Part shown: piece by piece, positions 25,097 through 32,000 of the stretch | How positions within the stretch are numbered: position 1 is the stretch's first letter | How the letters are laid out: each line of letters starts with the position of its first letter | Assembly: GCF_001945605.1 (NCBI RefSeq) | Contig: NZ_MPKA01000113.1 | Coordinates: 34,360-66,359 of the forward strand | Direction: 5' to 3' | DNA: 32,000 nt | Source of the DNA: Dubosiella newyorkensis | GTDB lineage: Bacteria > Bacillota_I > Bacilli_A > Erysipelotrichales > Erysipelotrichaceae | Position numbers and translations under genes: made by a program | The notes under the pieces: model-generated | Told to the model about the DNA's origin: nothing | The model's database searches: none | What the model saw: the letters and a program-made list of their open reading frames with translations, nothing else

Positions 25097-25657
25097 ATGG
25101 AATACCAAGAATATGCCAATGAAGTTTTACAGGAATTAAAAAAGACGCTGCTATCCGTTTCTGTGAACGATACGAGTGCTTTTGTCGATCTGTTACTTGG
25201 GGCCAAAGAGATCTTCTGCGCGGGAGCTGGCAGAAGCGGCTTTGAAATCAAAGGATTTGCGATGCGGTTGATGCACATGGGCTTGAATAGCTATGTAGTT
25301 GGAGAGACGTGCACGCCTAATATCGATGAAGGAGGTCTTTTAGTGATCTGCAGCGGATCAGGAGAGACAAAAAGCCTAGTCAATCATGCTCAAAAAGCAA
25401 AGTCTGTGGGAGCGAAGATCGCTTTGATCACGATCGATCCAAACAGCACGATCGCCAAACTTGCCGATGTGGTGATCGAGATCAGCGCGCCAAGTCCAAA
25501 AAGCGCCCATGAAGGAAGAATCCACAGCATCCAGCCAATGGGTTCGCTTTTTGAACAGACCGAAGGAATTTATATGGATATCGTGATTATGATGCTCATG
25601 GAAAGAAAAGGAATGAATTCCGATACAATGTTTGGAAGACATGCGAATATGGAATAA
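25097..25657 (+). CDS. hxlB: 6-phospho-3-hexuloisomerase (SIS domain)
   Basis: Colinear with my memory of B. subtilis HxlB: F.AGAGRSG, FAMRLMHMG.N, GSGSGETKSL, IQPMGSLFEQT and HANME at the C-terminus. Confidence 0.92.
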   Translation: MEYQEYANEVLQELKKTLLSVSVNDTSAFVDLLLGAKEIFCAGAGRSGFEIKGFAMRLMHMGLNSYVVGETCTPNIDEGGLLVICSGSGETKSLVNHAQKAKSVGAKIALITIDPNSTIAKLADVVIEISAPSPKSAHEGRIHSIQPMGSLFEQTEGIYMDIVIMMLMERKGMNSDTMFGRHANME

Positions 25658-25681
25658 AAAAAGATCAAATGATCTTTTTTT
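25656..25681. terminator. Bidirectional hairpin terminator
   Basis: AAGATC-aaat-GATCTT flanked by A and T runs, between convergent genes. Confidence 0.7.
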
Positions 25682-26192
25682 ATTGCACGTAGGCTTTTAC
25701 GATCTCTCCAATATACATCGTATGGAAATCTTTGTCTGGATAATTTTCTTGAATGATCTTTTTATCGATAAATCCTTCTTCCACAATAGGGGCGGCATAT
25801 AGCTTTTTGCATACTAAGATCAAAGAAGCTTCTTCAAAAACGACACCTTCCTTTTCGAAGAGAGGATGAAGAGATGTATGAGCGATTTTATCTTCCTCTT
25901 TTCCAGAATGCGAGCCTAAGTACGCGAGATCTTTTTTGTATTGATTGGAAAAAGAACAAAGTGTAAAGTACTCGTTGGTATCCATAAAATGTTTGGTATA
26001 GCGTTGGGGACGCACATATACGATTGCTGTCGGCATTCCGCCTTGGTTCCCCCAAATCGCGCCAAGATGTCCCCAGCTGATCGTCATCGTATTCCATCCC
26101 TTTTCTTTGGTGCCAGCACTAAGAAGCAGCCAGTCGTTCGCGAATAAAGTCGAGGGAGAAAGCGAGATTTGTTTTGGATCAATTTCGTGCAT
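25680..26192 (-). CDS. Flavin reductase-like (FMN-binding split-barrel) family protein
   Basis: 170 aa. Contains N.MT.SWG..G......P....V.YVRP.RYT, a pattern typical of the flavin reductase-like domain. RBS is AGGAGG. Confidence 0.7.
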   Translation of the reverse strand: MHEIDPKQISLSPSTLFANDWLLLSAGTKEKGWNTMTISWGHLGAIWGNQGGMPTAIVYVRPQRYTKHFMDTNEYFTLCSFSNQYKKDLAYLGSHSGKEEDKIAHTSLHPLFEKEGVVFEEASLILVCKKLYAAPIVEEGFIDKKIIQENYPDKDFHTMYIGEIVKAYVQ

Positions 26193-26293
26193 GATATCCT
26201 CCTAAATATTGTTATTTTGATTATAGAAATTGTTTGTTTTTTTTGCAACGGCCCTTATATAAAATAGAATTGTTTGTGAACCAAATCACTTTT

Positions 26294-26322
26294 TTGAAAA
26301 CGTTTTCTTTGGCCGTTATAAT
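26294..26322 (+). promoter_or_regulatory. Near-consensus sigma-A promoter for the GltD-like gene
   Basis: TTGAAA (26294-26299), a 17-nt spacer, then TATAAT (26317-26322). Confidence 0.65.
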
Positions 26323-26366
26323 AATTCCATCTATCAATAAGACAGATATAAGGAGTTAAAATAATT

Positions 26367-27590
26367 ATGTTGCATATACAAGATGAATCCAATCGCTGCC
26401 TTCAGTGCAAAATTCCGCGTTGCAAATCGGGGTGTCCTATTTCTACGCCGATCCCGCAAGCGATCGCACTCTTCAAATCAGGGAAGTTGCAGGAAGCTGC
26501 TCAAATGCTCTTCGACAACAATCCGCTTTCTTTGATCTGTTCGATCGTATGCGATCATGCAAAACAATGTGAAGGGCATTGCGTGCTCGGGATTCGCTCA
26601 AATCCTGTAGAGTGGGGAAGCATTGAACATTTCATTTCAGACACTTATTTAGAGCGTGTCGTTTTAAAAACGAAAGAGCCGACAGGCAAGCAAGTTGCGA
26701 TCATTGGTTCAGGACCAGCTGGCATGGGAGCGGCTTTCGAACTAAGAAAACTCGGCCATGAAGTGACGATTTATGAAGCTCAAAGTCAAATTGGCGGGAT
26801 GCTTCGATATGGAATTCCTGAATTCCGGCTTCCTAAAAGCATTTTGGATCGATATGAAAAGAAAATGAAAGACGCTGGGATCCATCTTCGACTGCACACT
26901 GCGATCGGAAGCTCGATCTCGATTTCGGATCTAAAGCGAGATGGGTTTGATGCGGTCTTGATCGCGAGTGGTTTATGGCGCGCCTCTAAACTCAATGTTC
27001 CTGGCGAAGCTTTGCCGAATGTTTGCTATGGGATCCATTATTTATCGAGTCCTGAATCGTTTGAGATCAAAAATCGTTTGGCGATCATCGGTACGGGAAA
27101 CACAGCGATCGATGTAGCAAGAACAGCTCTTCATCGAGGCGTGGGGTATGTGACATTGTATGCAAGACGGGAACAATCCAACGCGGATCCAAAAGAAATC
27201 GAGCTCGCGAAACTCGAGGGGGCTGAATTCAAAACGCAAATGCAGATCTCTAGGATCACGAAAGAAGGACCGATGTTTAAGCGGGTGCAGTTAGATGAGA
27301 ATGGTCAGATCGCTTCGATCTATGAAGAAGAAGTGTTCGAGCCAGCCGATTTTACGATCATCGCTGCTAGCCAAGGACCTAAATCGAAGCTGATCAATAC
27401 GACACCAGGTCTAAAAGGAACAGAAAAAGGACTTCTTCAAGTGGATGAGGAAGGCGCGACTTCTGTGGATGGTATTTTTGGCGCTGGAGATGTCGTATAT
27501 GGAGGAAGGACGGTCGTAGAGGCTGTCGCGAACGCGAAAAAAGTCGTTCTGGCGATCGACGCGTATCTAGAAAAAAAAGAATCTTTTTAA
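26367..27590 (+). CDS. GltD/SudA-like NAD(P)H-dependent Fe-S flavoprotein oxidoreductase (glutamate synthase small-subunit family)
   Basis: N-terminal Cys clusters CLQCKIPRCKSGCP and C...C..C.GHC. FAD motif VAIIGSGPAGMGAA. Second Rossmann motif LAIIGTGNTAIDVA. C-terminal FGAGD. Confidence 0.85.
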   Translation: MLHIQDESNRCLQCKIPRCKSGCPISTPIPQAIALFKSGKLQEAAQMLFDNNPLSLICSIVCDHAKQCEGHCVLGIRSNPVEWGSIEHFISDTYLERVVLKTKEPTGKQVAIIGSGPAGMGAAFELRKLGHEVTIYEAQSQIGGMLRYGIPEFRLPKSILDRYEKKMKDAGIHLRLHTAIGSSISISDLKRDGFDAVLIASGLWRASKLNVPGEALPNVCYGIHYLSSPESFEIKNRLAIIGTGNTAIDVARTALHRGVGYVTLYARREQSNADPKEIELAKLEGAEFKTQMQISRITKEGPMFKRVQLDENGQIASIYEEEVFEPADFTIIAASQGPKSKLINTTPGLKGTEKGLLQVDEEGATSVDGIFGAGDVVYGGRTVVEAVANAKKVVLAIDAYLEKKESF

Positions 27591-27619
27591 AATGCGGTCA
27601 CGGTTTTTGACCGCATTTT
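27589..27619 (+). terminator. Rho-independent terminator after the GltD-like gene
   Basis: AAAATGCGGTCA (27589-27600) pairs with TGACCGCATTTT (27608-27619). The stem overlaps the stop codon. Confidence 0.85.
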
Positions 27620-27651
27620 ACTTTCCGGAAATACAGATATATAATGAAAAT

Positions 27652-27933
27652 ATGAATCAAAACATCCAAAAATACTATATCGATATTATTGTTTATTTAG
27701 AGCGGCATCGAATTCCTCGCCCATTGTATGTCTTTTGGGATGGAGAGAGGTATAAAGTGGATCGGATCATTTCAGTCAAAAAGACATTTTCAAAAGCGGG
27801 AGGGTGCGGTCTTCGTTATGATTGCTTGATCAATGGGCATAGACGCGCATTATTTTTAGAACGAGAAGGAAAGTGGTTTATCGAAAGCGATATTCCGGAT
27901 TATAATCGAGTGTATGAAGACTATGCAGAATGA
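27652..27933 (+). CDS. Small protein of unknown function (93 aa), overlapping the mutY start
   Basis: Track ORF 27592..27933. Its first 60 nt lie inside the terminator hairpin, so ATG 27652 is preferred. There is no SD sequence. TATAAT lies at 27640-27645. Sequence features: PLYVFWDGERYKVDRI...KAGGCGLRYDC.I.G....L..E..KWFIE. Confidence 0.5.
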   Translation: MNQNIQKYYIDIIVYLERHRIPRPLYVFWDGERYKVDRIISVKKTFSKAGGCGLRYDCLINGHRRALFLEREGKWFIESDIPDYNRVYEDYAE

Positions 27934-28903
27934 ATTGTTAGAATGGTATGCCAAAAATCATCGCGATCTCGCATTTCGAAAGGATCAAGACGCCTATAAG
28001 ATCTGGATCTCTGAGATCATGGCTCAACAGACGAGGATCGAAGCGATGCTGCCTTACTTTGAGCGTTTTTTGATTTTGTTTCCAAATCTGACCGCTTTGG
28101 CCAATGCGGATGATGAAGCGCTCCATAAAGCGTGGCAAGGGCTAGGCTATTATAGTCGATGCCGAAACTTGAAAAAATGCGCGATCGAGTGTATGAAACG
28201 TTTTCATGGCGAACTTCCAAAAACGAAAGCGGAATTAAAGACATTGCCAGGGATCGGCGAATATACCGCGGGAGCGATCGCATCGATCGCTTATAAGGAA
28301 AAAGTTAGCGCGATAGATGGGAATGTGATCCGTGTCTTTTCGAGGTTATACGATATTCAAGAGGATGTGACTTCGATCAAAACCCGACGTAAGATCGAGT
28401 CGCTTGTTGACAGATCGCTAGTGCAGCCAATCGATCAATACAATCAAGCGATCATGGAACTTGGCGCTTTGATTTGTATCCCGAAAGTCCCAAAATGCTC
28501 AGCTTGTCCTATTCGAGAGTTTTGTCAAGCATCGGATCCCGCTTCTTTGCCGATCAAACCGGAAAAAAAGAAGCGAAAAAAGGAAAAGAAGGTTTTGTAT
28601 GTTTGGGTGCATGATGGAAGAGTTCATCTCAATAAGAGAAAGGCGACAGGTCTATTGGCCAATATGTATGAGTTTGATGAAAAGCTTCCCGCTCATTATG
28701 AAAGCGTCGTTTCGTTAGGAGAATATACGCATATTTTTTCGCATGTAGAATGGGAAATGCAGGCGAATCTTGTTTATACAAACAAAGAGGATAGCGGGTT
28801 TTACGCGATGGATGAAATCGAGAACGAGATTGCGCTTCCTTCGGCATTCAAACCTTTTTATGAGCGTCTAAAGGAGGTCATCTTTGATGAAGAAAAGAAT
28901 TAA
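27914..28903 (+). CDS. mutY: A/G-specific adenine DNA glycosylase
   Basis: Contains WISEIMAQQT (catalytic Glu), the HhH-GPD motif LPGIGEYTAGAI, IDGNV (Asp), the 4Fe-4S loop C-X6-C-X2-C-X5-C (CIPKVPKCSACPIREFC) and a C-terminal NUDIX-like domain. Confidence 0.93.
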   Translation: MKTMQNELLEWYAKNHRDLAFRKDQDAYKIWISEIMAQQTRIEAMLPYFERFLILFPNLTALANADDEALHKAWQGLGYYSRCRNLKKCAIECMKRFHGELPKTKAELKTLPGIGEYTAGAIASIAYKEKVSAIDGNVIRVFSRLYDIQEDVTSIKTRRKIESLVDRSLVQPIDQYNQAIMELGALICIPKVPKCSACPIREFCQASDPASLPIKPEKKKRKKEKKVLYVWVHDGRVHLNKRKATGLLANMYEFDEKLPAHYESVVSLGEYTHIFSHVEWEMQANLVYTNKEDSGFYAMDEIENEIALPSAFKPFYERLKEVIFDEEKN

Positions 28904-29744
28904 TGTGCTCGGATCGATGACGACCGATGTGATCTTGTATGTAGAAGCGTTACCCGCTCGAGAGAGCGATCAAAATTTGAGAAAACAAGAAATCAAGATT
29001 GGTGGCTGCGCGTTTCATGTCGCAAACTCGCTTGGTTCAGGGCTTTTGTATGTTCCATGTGGACAAGGGATCTATGCGGATTTTGTGCGGAAGCATTTGG
29101 ATTTGGTCAAGAGTTCTTATCGTATCAAAGACGTCGCGGAAGAAAATGGTGTTTGTTATTGTATCGTGGAAAGAGATGGCGAACGCTCTTTTTTAGCCTA
29201 TCATGGCGCGGAATATAAGTATACATCGGATATGCTGGCGGAAATGCCTACATGTGATGTGCTTTATTTTGATGGGATCACGATGGAGGAAGCGCAAAAC
29301 GAATGTATTGTCACTTATTTGCAAGAACATCCTGAAATCACGCCTTTTTTTGCTTGTTCCTCGCGCGTTGAATATGTGGCTTGTCTAGAAAAGATCTTGG
29401 CTTTATCTCCTATTTTGCATATGAATTTAAATGAGTTCTATTTGCTTGGAAATCGGATACAGCTTTTTGATGTGATGGATGATTTTGAGGAGTCGCTCTC
29501 TCAATTGTATGCTTTAACTAATAATTTGATCATCATAACGGCAGGTAAAGAGGGCGCTTATGGATATGATGGTGTCTTGCATTTCATGCCGGCCAAGAAA
29601 GCTGAAGTATATAATACAATCGGAGCAGGAGATACCCATGCGGGAATGTGTTTGTATGGTTTGCAGAATGATTTTTCGATCGAGCAAATGCTGAAGGCTG
29701 CTAATGAAAAAGCGGCGCGAAAAGTTAGTGGACTTCTTGATTAG
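28887..29744 (+). CDS. PfkB-family carbohydrate kinase (ribokinase-like), substrate unknown
   Basis: Contains the N-terminal VLGS...D pattern and the C-terminal TIGAGDTHAG anion-hole motif. AAGGAGG lies 9 nt upstream of ATG 28887. It overlaps the mutY 3' end. Confidence 0.8.
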   Translation: MKKRINVLGSMTTDVILYVEALPARESDQNLRKQEIKIGGCAFHVANSLGSGLLYVPCGQGIYADFVRKHLDLVKSSYRIKDVAEENGVCYCIVERDGERSFLAYHGAEYKYTSDMLAEMPTCDVLYFDGITMEEAQNECIVTYLQEHPEITPFFACSSRVEYVACLEKILALSPILHMNLNEFYLLGNRIQLFDVMDDFEESLSQLYALTNNLIIITAGKEGAYGYDGVLHFMPAKKAEVYNTIGAGDTHAGMCLYGLQNDFSIEQMLKAANEKAARKVSGLLD

Positions 29745-29802
29745 GAAAGAGAGTTATTGTATTATTGTATTAGGTCAATGATACAGTGAAAGGAAACAAA
29801 AC

Positions 29803-30144
29803 ATGGAATTTAGAAATGATCGTCCAATTTATCTCCAGCTGGTACAAGTCATAGAACGATCGATCTTGACTGGACAATATATTTCAGGTCAAAAGCTTCC
29901 TTCTGTACGCGAATTTGCCTCGATCTACCAAGTCAATCCAAATACGATTCAAAAAGCTTTACAAGAACTTCAAAAAAAAGGATTGATCTATACAGAGAGG
30001 ACGAATGGGAAATTCGTGAGCAAAGACGTATCTTTGATCGATGCGGTTCGAAATGAATACGCGCAAAAGATCGTGGATACTTGTTTGCAGGATCTTCAAG
30101 AGATTGGTCTAAGCAAACAAGAAGCACTTTCTTATTTGAAATGA
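29803..30144 (+). CDS. GntR-family transcriptional regulator, YtrA subfamily
   Basis: 113 aa. Contains PIYLQ....I...I..G.....KLPSVRE.A....VNPNT..KA...L...G.I. It is followed by an ABC module, as is typical for YtrA. Confidence 0.9.
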   Translation: MEFRNDRPIYLQLVQVIERSILTGQYISGQKLPSVREFASIYQVNPNTIQKALQELQKKGLIYTERTNGKFVSKDVSLIDAVRNEYAQKIVDTCLQDLQEIGLSKQEALSYLK

Positions 30145-30153
30145 GGGAAAAAT

Positions 30154-30846
30154 ATGGAAATACTTGTTCAAGTGGATCATTTGTCAAAATCGTATGGAAA
30201 CAAAGTCGCTTTGAAGGATGTGTGCTTGACGATCCCAACTGGAAAGATCATTGGACTGCTAGGAAAAAATGGGAGCGGTAAGTCGACATTGATCAAACTG
30301 ATCAATGGTCTTTTGAGAAAAGACGCAGGAACAATCAAAGTCAGCGGTTATGAGCCAGGAGTAGAAACGAAGCGTTTGATCTCTTATTTACCGGAAAGAA
30401 CGTATTTAGATCGTTCCCAATCTGTGCAGCAAATCTTAACCTTTTTTCAAGATTTTTACCCGGATTTTAATTTAGAAAAAGCGAAGCGGCTCATTCAGGA
30501 TTTAGGTCTTGATCTCCATATGAAGATCTCTTCTATGTCGAAGGGAATGCAGGAAAAGCTTCAGTTGATCTTAGTGATGTCCCGTAATGCGAAATTATAT
30601 ATTTTAGATGAGCCATTAGGAGGGGTCGATCCATCGACTCGGGATTATATTCTCGATACGATTTTGACGAATTTTTCAGAAGATGCTTCGATCTTGATCT
30701 CTACGCATTTGATCTTTGATGTGGAACGGATCCTTGATGATGTTATTTTTGTTGATCAAGGAGTGATCCGAGGTTATGAGGAGGCGGATCGTTTGAGAAC
30801 AGAGCAAGGTTGTTCGATCGACACGTATTTCCGGAGGACTTTCTAA
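30154..30846 (+). CDS. ABC transporter ATP-binding protein
   Basis: Walker A GKNGSGKST, signature-like SKGMQEKL, Walker B LYILDEP, and an H-loop STH. Confidence 0.92.
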   Translation: MEILVQVDHLSKSYGNKVALKDVCLTIPTGKIIGLLGKNGSGKSTLIKLINGLLRKDAGTIKVSGYEPGVETKRLISYLPERTYLDRSQSVQQILTFFQDFYPDFNLEKAKRLIQDLGLDLHMKISSMSKGMQEKLQLILVMSRNAKLYILDEPLGGVDPSTRDYILDTILTNFSEDASILISTHLIFDVERILDDVIFVDQGVIRGYEEADRLRTEQGCSIDTYFRRTF

Positions 30847-31658
30847 TGTTGGCGAAATTATTGAAATATGACGTTAAACGAAACGTTAAAGTGTTGGGCC
30901 TTTATATTTTATTGACGGTTGCTGTTGCTGTTTTGATGCGAATCGTTTCTATGCAGGATGGCAGCTTCTTTTCGGTCATCCAGTCTGTGTTGATGATAGT
31001 ATTGAGCGTTTTATTGTTCGGCTTAGTCTTGATCCCGATCTTATTGGCATGGGCATATTTAATTCGTTATATGTTTCAGGACGAAGGATATTTGACGAAT
31101 ACGCTACCAGTCAAGACGTCGACGATCTTTACTTCAACGTGGCTGACAGGGATGCTTTCGCTCTTTGTATCGCTTTGTGTTTTGGCTTTTTGTCTATGGA
31201 TTGGACTTTATCATGGTTCGCTGCAAGCGTTGATCGATACGTTTTTGAATGAATTAGGGGTCGCATTTGATTTTGAAAGTCCAATCTTATTTTTGATCCT
31301 TACTTTTTTCGTTTTTTATTTAGAAATGGCATTCGTTATGAACGCAGGCTATACAGGAATCGTGATCGGGTATTCCTCTGAAAAGAATTCATTTTTAAAA
31401 AGTATTTTGATCGGGATTGGAATTTACTTTTTATGGAACCTTATTTTAACGGGGATCTTGCTTGTCTATGGTTTGATCGATCCGCAAGTATATTCAATGA
31501 TGTTCGATGATCGTTTAAATGATTTAGAATCGATCAAAATGCAAATCACATTTGTTAAAAATGTGTTCGTTCTTGGCATCGGGGCTTACCTTATTATCAA
31601 TCTTTTTCAATTCTGGATGGATCAAAAGGTGTTAAAGCGAGGCGTCGAATTGAAATGA
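30846..31658 (+). CDS. ABC-associated integral membrane protein (ABC-2-like permease)
   Basis: About six hydrophobic helices. ATG 30846 overlaps the ATPase stop (TAATG). The track TTG start at 30810 is rejected. Confidence 0.7.
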   Translation: MLAKLLKYDVKRNVKVLGLYILLTVAVAVLMRIVSMQDGSFFSVIQSVLMIVLSVLLFGLVLIPILLAWAYLIRYMFQDEGYLTNTLPVKTSTIFTSTWLTGMLSLFVSLCVLAFCLWIGLYHGSLQALIDTFLNELGVAFDFESPILFLILTFFVFYLEMAFVMNAGYTGIVIGYSSEKNSFLKSILIGIGIYFLWNLILTGILLVYGLIDPQVYSMMFDDRLNDLESIKMQITFVKNVFVLGIGAYLIINLFQFWMDQKVLKRGVELK

Positions 31659-31739
31659 TAAAGAGGTGCGGAAGCATGCAGAGACTCATCTTATCGAGTT
31701 TAGTGGATATTTTTGCGCGGAAAAATCTTAGGATTTTTG

Positions 31740-31768
31740 AGGCTATTTTTTAAATAGCCTTTTTTTTT
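31740..31768 (+). terminator. Rho-independent terminator after the ABC module
   Basis: AGGCTATTT-ttt-AAATAGCCT followed by T9. Confidence 0.8.
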
Positions 31769-31902
31769 GAAATTCAATGCGGATGGTTGTTGGATCTTCT
31801 TATTATATATCCTTATAAACTAACTTAAATTTTTAATTAGGAGTAAATTATGGTGTTGAAAAAACCCATTAAACCTGACTTTAAGAGATGATTTTCAAAA
31901 AT

Positions 31903-31946
31903 GGTGCTAAGGAAGCGGTGTAAACCGATATCCCAGCACCTTTTTT
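31903..31946 (+). terminator. Hairpin plus T-tract following a 13-codon mini-ORF (terminator or attenuator)
   Basis: GGTGCT (31903-31908) pairs with AGCACC (31935-31940), and the inner GG pairs with CC. TTTTTT follows. Confidence 0.55.
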
Positions 31947-32000
31947 ATTTGCCCCTTCGTTAAAAAATAATTATTGAGAGGCAGCGAATAATATTTGCAC

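Noticed and set aside
26272-26290. Rex operator (TTGTGAA-N4-TTCACAA) upstream of the GltD-like gene
   Set aside because: The left half fits (TTTGTGAA) but the right half (ATCACTT) matches poorly. The CRP/FNR-type reading of the same bases fits better, so it is reported only as a low-confidence site.
1-32000. Mobile elements, prophage, defence islands, toxin-antitoxin pairs, rRNA/tRNA genes
   Set aside because: - I found no transposase, integrase, phage structural, restriction-modification, Cas, abortive-infection or small paired toxin/antitoxin ORFs in the six-frame track.
- No cloverleaf-like or rRNA-like segments were noticed in the intergenic regions, all of which are under ~630 bp.

Overview
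This is a gene-dense chromosomal segment with about 37 CDS on both strands. It looks like a low-to-moderate GC Firmicutes genome (Bacilli or Erysipelotrichia-like). That placement is an inference from AGGAGG-type ribosome-binding sites, a staphylococcal-type class I aldolase, HxlAB, Tpx and YtrA/PadR modules.

Contents in order:
- An aminotransferase 3' end and a small membrane protein.
- HxlR-family regulator, DUF362 and SDR (minus strand).
- LonA protease.
- A PadR-DUF2812-YfcE-thioredoxin operon.
- A small acidic protein with class I FBP aldolase.
- LMW-PTP translationally coupled to a large membrane protein.
- Tpx.
- A degenerate ManA paralogue, a PHP phosphatase and a COG2509-type flavoprotein.
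- A six-gene sialic-acid (nan) locus on the minus strand: nanA, SSS transporter, YhcH, ROK kinase, RpiR, SGNH esterase.
- Cof-HAD with a nitrilase-family hydrolase.
- Bona fide manA, then hxlA-hxlB.
- A flavin reductase and a GltD-like Fe-S flavoprotein.
- A small unknown ORF, mutY and a PfkB kinase.
- A YtrA-type GntR regulator with a two-gene ABC module.

I found no rRNA, tRNA, CRISPR array, transposase, integrase or recognisable defence or toxin-antitoxin system. I cannot point to a convincing novel multi-gene system.

The most unusual things I can support from the sequence are:
1. A ManA paralogue that has lost all metal-ligand signatures.
2. An LMW-PTP coupled by an ATGA overlap to a membrane protein whose C-terminal His...Cys (NCxxF) pattern looks like a permuted papain fold.
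3. A roughly 430-nt unexplained leader, with a cre-overlapped promoter, in front of a nan locus that lacks nanE.
4. A striking window-wide excess of the tetranucleotide GATC, with a GATC-poor patch over nanA and the transporter.
5. A possible leaderless small ORF coupled to mutY.

All coordinates of small motifs were counted by hand.
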